From: Candidatus Omnitrophota bacterium
GTDB taxonomy: Bacteria > Omnitrophota > Gorgyraeia > Zapsychrales > Zapsychraceae
NCBI GenBank assembly: GCA_003528115.1
Contig: DOGZ01000014.1
Coordinates: 166,081 to 230,080 of the forward strand
Reading direction: 5' to 3'
Length of the DNA stretch: 64,000 nt
Part shown: piece by piece, positions 58,175-64,000 of the stretch
How positions within the stretch are numbered: position 1 is the stretch's first letter
Layout: every line of letters starts with the position of its first letter
Notes under the pieces: model-generated
The model's database searches: none
What the model was told of the DNA's origin: nothing
The model's input: the letters and a program-made list of their open reading frames with translations, nothing else
Program-made: the position numbers and the translations under genes

Positions 58175-60572
58175 AATCTGTGACAGCAAAATGAAGGTAT
58201 TTTGCTGGGTCGCGTTTTTATATAGTCTTATTTATTTATTCTTAATAGGACAACACCGCCTCCCCATCGACCACGACACCTTTCAATATCTCCAGCAGCA
58301 ATACGTCTATTTTAACGAGGTTGTTCAAAACCGCTCTTTACCCTACTGGCTTCCCTATTATATCCATGGTTATGTGGGCAATTATCAATTTCTTCCTCAG
58401 TTAACTTTGCTTTCACCGGTCTTTTATGGGCTGGGGTTAATTTCGGATCAATGGAACTATCTTTATTTGTATTATTTTGGGTTGTGGTTTGAAGAGCTTT
58501 TTTTCCTGTTAGGCATTATCTTACTGGCCACTCTTTATTATAAAAACTTAAAAACAATCCTCTATGTGTCCATCACCCTGCTGGGGACAAACATCTGGTA
58601 TCCACAGATCTGGTGGAATTTTCATATTTATTATTTCATTCCTATCGTCTTGTATTGCCTGCACAGGGCTTTAACCAAAGGCCTTTTTCGCTACGTGATT
58701 GGAGCGGTGCTTTTTTTTGCCTTGGCTGTTTACGGGAATTTTCTGTATTGCGGCGTCTTTGTCGCGTTTGTTGTGGGGGTGTATTTTCTGTTTCTTGTTC
58801 CAGTCTATTTTAAAAAGAGATCTTACCTGGAAGGCTTGGCCGGATTCAGCCGACACAGTCCTGTCTTGAACATTCTTAAAAAGTTATTCGTCTTATATTT
58901 TTATGTATTTTTGTATCAGGGGATCAAAACCCTTTGGATGAGAAAGAAGATCCTTTGGTACACCGTTGTCTTTATGGGTTTGATTGGCCTGATGGCGGTG
59001 AGTTTTTATTATGTCAAGTACGGTGATCATGAACTGGCCTATTTGTATAACACGCGGGACGCGAGCGGGAAAATCGCTATTAATACATTTTTGAATTACG
59101 GCGGATCCCTGGGGTGGGGCAAATTCGGGGAGATTTTTCAGAGATACGGCAATTCGGTTGACCTCAATTTGTACGCGGGGTTCTGTGTTCTGCCTTTTGT
59201 ATTCCTGGCTTTATTGTTTAGCCGTCGGAAAATGTCTTATGTGGTGGGCGGCACGGCGCTCGTGATTTTGCTTTTCAGCGCCGGTACGGGAGTGGCGCAG
59301 GCGTTTTATTATGTGTTTCCTTTAGGAAAGGTTTTTCGTCATATCGGTTTAACGGCGAGCGTGTTTAAGCTGTTTATGGTTTTGTATGCCGGTTTTGGAT
59401 TCGAAATTTTTCTTAAACGTTTGGAACACGATCGAAGGATGGTTTTCGTTGTTGGCGCGTTCTTAATTCCTTTGCTATGGACATTGCGGAAGGTTTATGT
59501 GTTGAATCCAGAGCGATTCTGGTTTGTGTCCCAGGCGGAACAAGCCGTTTTCGCGAAGATCCCCTATGTTCTGGTGGGCGGGCTTTTCTTGGTGTTTTTG
59601 TATTGGATGATAAGCAGGGAAGGAAGGCGGCGCGACCTTCTTGTGAGCGGGCTGCTGGTCTTGATTTTCATGGATCTTTTTTCTTACAAGTATTCCCTCA
59701 TTGTCGCGCGCATGCCGAAGGTTTCAAAAGAAGTGATCAGTCTTTTTAAACCGTTTAAATACGCCTTTCCTTTGGGGCGTCTTTTAACGACGGAATCGCA
59801 CGCGGCCTATAGTGACAGAGTTAAGAAATTCTTGCCGCTTATGCGTCATAATCCTCAATTGACGAAATATAATACGATCGATTCTTTTCTGTTCGCGGAT
59901 TCATTTGTTTCAAGTTATCGGGTGGATTTTATCTTAAATTCCATCAAGGATTATTTTTCCGCGCGTGAACTTTTCCCCGGGGAAGAGATTTATAGAAAGT
60001 ATTCCGGTGTCGGAACGCCGAAACTTGGTGTTTTCTCAAAGATTAACGAAGTGGAGAATCACGATGCCGTCGGAAGAGTTTTTCGGCAACCCGGTTTCAG
60101 CGGGGATATGATTTTCGTGGCCGCTGAGGAAATCAGGAAGTTGGAAGGAAAAATCCCTGAGGCGCTTATCCAGCGTCAGGATATGCGGGACTTCCAAAAC
60201 CGCAATGAACGATTGGGGGGAGAGCTTACGATCAAGCAGTTTTCTTTTAATTCTCTTGTTTTGATATCCTCCGTTCCAGGACGTTCCGATCAGCCCTGTT
60301 TTCTCTATTACGCCGACGCCTATCATCCTCATTGGCAGGCGTACGTTAACGGGAAAAAAGTCCCGGTGATGAGGGTCAATATTGGGTATAAAGCTATTCC
60401 TATTCCGTATGGAGAAGCCCAAATTGTTTTTAAGTTCGGTAATCTTTTTTATCCCCTTTCATTTCTTTGCACGTTGTTGATGAGTACGGCAATTTTGTTC
60501 GCTATTCTTTACGTTTTCTTTACGGAGATGATCTCTTACCGTAAAAAAGTTGTTGTGAAAGAAATCACATGA
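58167..60572 (+). CDS. YfhO-like GT-C membrane glycosyltransferase
   Basis: HDTFQY..LPYWLPY..G first loop, many TMs, C-terminal YHPHWQAYVNG..GYKAIPIPYG motif plus a final TM. Confidence 0.72.
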   Translation: MSRICDSKMKVFCWVAFLYSLIYLFLIGQHRLPIDHDTFQYLQQQYVYFNEVVQNRSLPYWLPYYIHGYVGNYQFLPQLTLLSPVFYGLGLISDQWNYLYLYYFGLWFEELFFLLGIILLATLYYKNLKTILYVSITLLGTNIWYPQIWWNFHIYYFIPIVLYCLHRALTKGLFRYVIGAVLFFALAVYGNFLYCGVFVAFVVGVYFLFLVPVYFKKRSYLEGLAGFSRHSPVLNILKKLFVLYFYVFLYQGIKTLWMRKKILWYTVVFMGLIGLMAVSFYYVKYGDHELAYLYNTRDASGKIAINTFLNYGGSLGWGKFGEIFQRYGNSVDLNLYAGFCVLPFVFLALLFSRRKMSYVVGGTALVILLFSAGTGVAQAFYYVFPLGKVFRHIGLTASVFKLFMVLYAGFGFEIFLKRLEHDRRMVFVVGAFLIPLLWTLRKVYVLNPERFWFVSQAEQAVFAKIPYVLVGGLFLVFLYWMISREGRRRDLLVSGLLVLIFMDLFSYKYSLIVARMPKVSKEVISLFKPFKYAFPLGRLLTTESHAAYSDRVKKFLPLMRHNPQLTKYNTIDSFLFADSFVSSYRVDFILNSIKDYFSARELFPGEEIYRKYSGVGTPKLGVFSKINEVENHDAVGRVFRQPGFSGDMIFVAAEEIRKLEGKIPEALIQRQDMRDFQNRNERLGGELTIKQFSFNSLVLISSVPGRSDQPCFLYYADAYHPHWQAYVNGKKVPVMRVNIGYKAIPIPYGEAQIVFKFGNLFYPLSFLCTLLMSTAILFAILYVFFTEMISYRKKVVVKEIT

Positions 60573-62221
60573 AGGATTCCTGGAAGAGGACTCTCCTGGC
60601 CGGGGGACGGCCGTATGTCTGGATTATTCTGACGGGATTTGTATTGTATGCCAAGACATTGTTTTACGGGATCACGTATCTGGATGATAGTTCCTGGCTC
60701 CTCGATTATCAGTACTTCCTCAAGAATCTCTCCAATATCGGTCTTTTGTTTTCCCGGCCGGATTTCCTGACGCCGATCTTCTACCGTCCTGTTTTGGGAC
60801 TCTCTTTTATGCTGGATGCCCAAGGAAGCGGGAGCTCGCCGTTCGGGTATCATCTGACGAATGTCTGCATTCATTTGATCAATGCCTGTCTGGTCTTTGC
60901 ATTATTTATGAGACTTGGATACAGGCGGGGATTGAGTTTCTTTTTCGCCCTTGTATTTACGGTTCACCCAGGGCTGACCATGGCCGTGGCCTGGATTCCG
61001 GGGAGGACGGATTCTTTGTTGGGTCTTTTTGTCCTGGCATCGTTTATTTTCTTTCTTCATTATTTTGAACGGAAGAATTGGCTGAGCCTCGTCACTCATT
61101 TAGTGTTTTTGCTTTTGGGATTTTTGACCAAAGAAACGGGTTTTGTTATGCCGGTGATATGTTTTTTATATATCTGGCTTATCGATACTCCTGAGGGGAA
61201 GAAGAAAAAGGATTATGGGCTGTGGTTCGGTTGGGCCATGGTGTTGGGCGGGTGTTTAATTTTTAGAAAAATGATATTGAAAGGGCAGTTCTCCGATGCC
61301 GGAGTGGTGTGGGCGATGAAGTCCATTCACCAGGATGTGTCCGGGTTTATTTTTTATTTGGGAAAGGCCATTCTGCCTTTGACGCTATCCGTCGTTCCTA
61401 TCCGTCCGGACGTGAAATTAACGTCGGGCATAGTCTCGTTGATGATTTTGGTTCTTGTCATCCTGGTGGGGAGAAAGAAACGGATGAATCATGTCTTCTT
61501 TGGTCTCATCTGGTTTTTTCTTTTTCTTATACCGGGGGTCATTCATTACTTTGTCATTCATGAGTACAGAGTTTACTTGCCGCTCATCGGCTGTTTGATC
61601 GTCTTCATGGAAGGGATCAACGTTGGGCTTTCGGACATTCAGCCATCCCATAATAGAAAAGTCTTATTTCTTTCGGCGGGTTTTATTATCCTTCTGTTTT
61701 CGATGACCTTTATCCAAAGCCGTCATCTCAAAAACGGATTGGCCTTTTGGCGCAACGCGGTCAAGACATCACCGAGTTATCCTTTGGCGCATCGCAATCT
61801 CGGGGCGATGTATTATTTTGAAAACAGGATGGACGAAGCCGAAGCGGCGTATAAAAAATCTTTGGAACTGAATCCGTATGAACCCATGGTCCATAATAAT
61901 CTGGGTATTATTTATATGAATAAAAATAAAGACCAGGAAGCGGAAAAGGAATACAAAACGGAGATTGCCATTAATCCCGGATTTGAAAAGGCGTATGCCA
62001 ATCTGGCCCTGCTTTATTACCGCAAGGGGCGGCCCCATGAGGCGGTTTTTTTATGGAAGAAAACCATCGACTTAAATCCGAATTATTTTGAGGCCTATTT
62101 AAGTCTGGTTATTTATTATATGGAGCAAGGACAGCGTGAGAGGGCCGTTGATTACGTTGAGCAAATGCAGAAAAGAGGGGGTGTTGTCCCGGTTGAAATA
62201 CTCCGGCAGTTACATCTTTAG
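60569..62221 (+). CDS. TMTC-like GT-C membrane protein with C-terminal TPRs
   Basis: YLDD, FYRP, YHLTN, AWIPGRTD, LTKE, YRVYLP, four TPRs. Confidence 0.78.
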   Translation: MKDSWKRTLLAGGRPYVWIILTGFVLYAKTLFYGITYLDDSSWLLDYQYFLKNLSNIGLLFSRPDFLTPIFYRPVLGLSFMLDAQGSGSSPFGYHLTNVCIHLINACLVFALFMRLGYRRGLSFFFALVFTVHPGLTMAVAWIPGRTDSLLGLFVLASFIFFLHYFERKNWLSLVTHLVFLLLGFLTKETGFVMPVICFLYIWLIDTPEGKKKKDYGLWFGWAMVLGGCLIFRKMILKGQFSDAGVVWAMKSIHQDVSGFIFYLGKAILPLTLSVVPIRPDVKLTSGIVSLMILVLVILVGRKKRMNHVFFGLIWFFLFLIPGVIHYFVIHEYRVYLPLIGCLIVFMEGINVGLSDIQPSHNRKVLFLSAGFIILLFSMTFIQSRHLKNGLAFWRNAVKTSPSYPLAHRNLGAMYYFENRMDEAEAAYKKSLELNPYEPMVHNNLGIIYMNKNKDQEAEKEYKTEIAINPGFEKAYANLALLYYRKGRPHEAVFLWKKTIDLNPNYFEAYLSLVIYYMEQGQRERAVDYVEQMQKRGGVVPVEILRQLHL

Positions 62222-62273
62222 GGGGGCGTTATTGGGGGCAACGCAGTTTTGGCGCGTTTCGAGAGTTTTTTCC

Positions 62274-63020
62274 ATGAATGATCTTCGCGAGGTAACATTC
62301 CGTTTTTACGGTGATTTGAAGCGGTTCCTTCCCCAAGGGAAAAGGACTGGGGCGTTCACGTATGCCGTCAAGGGATCCCCGGCGGTCAAAGACACCATTG
62401 AGGCCTTAGGGGTTCCGCATGGAGAAGTGGATGGCCTTGTGATCAACGGACGTTCCGTCGGGTTTTATGAGCCTGTAAAGGGAAATGATACGATCGCCGT
62501 TTATCCGGACAGCTCAAAAATCAGGTTAAGAAAGATCAAAAGGCTAAAGCCGAAATTGCCGGCGAATCCTAAATTTATCCTTGACGTTCATTTGGGCAAG
62601 CTCACCCGGCATCTGAGGTTGTTGGGTTTTGACTGCCTTTATCAAAGATCTTATAAAGATCAAGACATCGTTGAAACAACTTTGTCCCAAAGACGGATTG
62701 TCTTGACCCGAGATGTGGGACTCCTTAAAAACAAATTGATCAAATTCGGTTATTTTATACGCCATACGGAACCGGACAAACAGATCCGAGAAGTCATAAC
62801 GAAGTTTTCTCTTTCCTTTAAGACAAAACCGTTCCATCGCTGCTTGGAGTGTAACGGGCTCATCCGACGGATCTCTTTTCTCCGAGTCATTAATCATTTG
62901 CCGCCCAAAGTATCGAAATATTACAAGGAATTCGTTACCTGCCGGATCTGCGGGAGAGTGTATTGGAAGGGATCGCACTATAAACAACTTTTGAAAGTCG
63001 TAAAGAGGATATCCGTATAA
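62274..63020 (+). CDS. Mut7-C RNase (PIN-like) with N-terminal ubiquitin-like domain
   Basis: VKDTIEALGVPHGEV (Ub-Mut7C), FILDVHLGKLTRHLRLLGFD, LTRD, CLECN..CRICGRVYWKGSH. Confidence 0.85.
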   Translation: MNDLREVTFRFYGDLKRFLPQGKRTGAFTYAVKGSPAVKDTIEALGVPHGEVDGLVINGRSVGFYEPVKGNDTIAVYPDSSKIRLRKIKRLKPKLPANPKFILDVHLGKLTRHLRLLGFDCLYQRSYKDQDIVETTLSQRRIVLTRDVGLLKNKLIKFGYFIRHTEPDKQIREVITKFSLSFKTKPFHRCLECNGLIRRISFLRVINHLPPKVSKYYKEFVTCRICGRVYWKGSHYKQLLKVVKRISV

Positions 63021-63046
63021 TTTCTTCGTTGGAAAAAGGCTTAGCG

Positions 63047-64000
63047 CTAAGGAGCGGTAATTTCTCTTAAGGCGGCCTTCTTCTTTGTGTCTTGAACAAA
63101 CTCAGCAAAGACCTTTTCTTTTCGTTCACCCGTTATCTGCTCGGCGAATTCTTTTTGTTGTTCGTGGAAGGTTTTGTCTGTGATCGGGCGCAGGGTGTCA
63201 AGGTGTAAGAGGATGTGTCCTTTAGAAGTCGCGACAGGCGCGCTGACTTTATTTTCATCATTCAGGACAGACACGCTTTCTTTCGACGCCGGTTCCACTT
63301 CAAGCAGAGATAAAATTTGTTCTTGAGCCAGAAGAGGTGTTTGCTGGGTCTTTAAGCCTAATCCCTGTGTGATTTGCTGAAAATCCTTGGGTCCTTCAAC
63401 TGCGTTCCATGCTTGTTGAATGTTCTTTAAGTAGCCTTCGGCTTGTTTGAGGGTAATGTCCTTGGCTTTGCGAAAAGTCAAGGTGTCTTTGACGTCGGCC
63501 AACAGCTCAGGGAAATCCGGAATATAGGCGGCTTTTTTATCTTTGACTTGATAAACGATATATCCATCGGTCAGTTCGACAGGTTCTTGGATGTCATTTT
63601 TTTTCATTTTAAACGCTTTCAAAAGGTCTTCAAAATTAAGACCGATGTCAAATTTGGGTTTGTCCTTGCCGAAGTATCCTGATTCCTTGACGGGAAATCC
63701 ATATTTCTGTCCAAGGACATTGAGATCGGGATTCTCGGAGAATTCTTTGTAAATGGCCTTGGCCTTATATTTTGTTTCCACTTTCTTCTGGACCCCGGCG
63801 TCTGGGAGATAGGTCAGTTTAATATATTCGAGATTGATGGAAGGGGGCTTGAGAAAAGCTTCCCTGTTTTCCTCATAATAAGTTTTGGCTTCTTCCTCGG
63901 TCACGGAGACATCTTTTTTGTAATCATCGGCGGAGAGGAGGAGATAACTGAATTGGATTTCTCTGCGACGGTTTTTGAACTCTTCGGCCAGTTGTTGCTC
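63047..64000 (-). CDS. PpiD/SurA-like periplasmic chaperone/peptidylprolyl isomerase (5'-truncated by window edge)
   Basis: Frame open to the window end; EAKTYYEENREAF, PVELTDGYIVYQV, APVATSKGHILL. Confidence 0.65.
   Translation of the reverse strand, partial: EQQLAEEFKNRRREIQFSYLLLSADDYKKDVSVTEEEAKTYYEENREAFLKPPSINLEYIKLTYLPDAGVQKKVETKYKAKAIYKEFSENPDLNVLGQKYGFPVKESGYFGKDKPKFDIGLNFEDLLKAFKMKKNDIQEPVELTDGYIVYQVKDKKAAYIPDFPELLADVKDTLTFRKAKDITLKQAEGYLKNIQQAWNAVEGPKDFQQITQGLGLKTQQTPLLAQEQILSLLEVEPASKESVSVLNDENKVSAPVATSKGHILLHLDTLRPITDKTFHEQQKEFAEQITGERKEKVFAEFVQDTKKKAALREITAP

Noticed and set aside
1-64000. Numerous short minus-strand and nested ORFs; CRISPR, tRNA, rRNA or integrase
   Set aside because: The short ORFs are shadows of well-supported + strand genes; I saw no repeat-spacer array, structural RNA gene or recombinase

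Overview
A gene-dense bacterial chromosomal segment with almost every gene on the + strand. The protein styles suggest a diderm deep-branching lineage such as Omnitrophota; this is an inference, not a database result. From left to right: (1) phoB(partial)-phoR, a small ORF behind a Pho-box-like array, then pstB-phoU; (2) a type IV pilus-like cluster (pilB, pilC, pilin, fused pilMN, pilO, pilP, pilQ, three minor pilins) followed directly by a full T2SS-like cluster (gspEFGHIJK-L-M-C-D) whose secretin ends in a TonB-C-like domain; (3) a signalling block with a c-type heme membrane sensor lacking any output domain, a Cache-HAMP-PAS-PAS histidine kinase, a receiver-YvcK fusion and a single-domain response regulator; (4) a GldA/F/G-like ABC system; (5) a ~24 kb cluster with seven radical SAM enzymes (four B12-binding, three SPASM/twitch), a split transketolase, three SDR-family enzymes (two lacking the catalytic Tyr), a GT2 and four GT-C-like membrane proteins (two TMTC-like); (6) a Ub-Mut7-C RNase and a partial PpiD-like gene. 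Three short non-coding inverted-repeat (MITE-like) elements lie in intergenic gaps. I saw no rRNA, tRNA, CRISPR array or transposase. The best candidates for an undescribed system are the radical-SAM/GT-C glycan-tailoring cluster, the secretin-TonB-C fusion and the split heme-c sensor/kinase pair.
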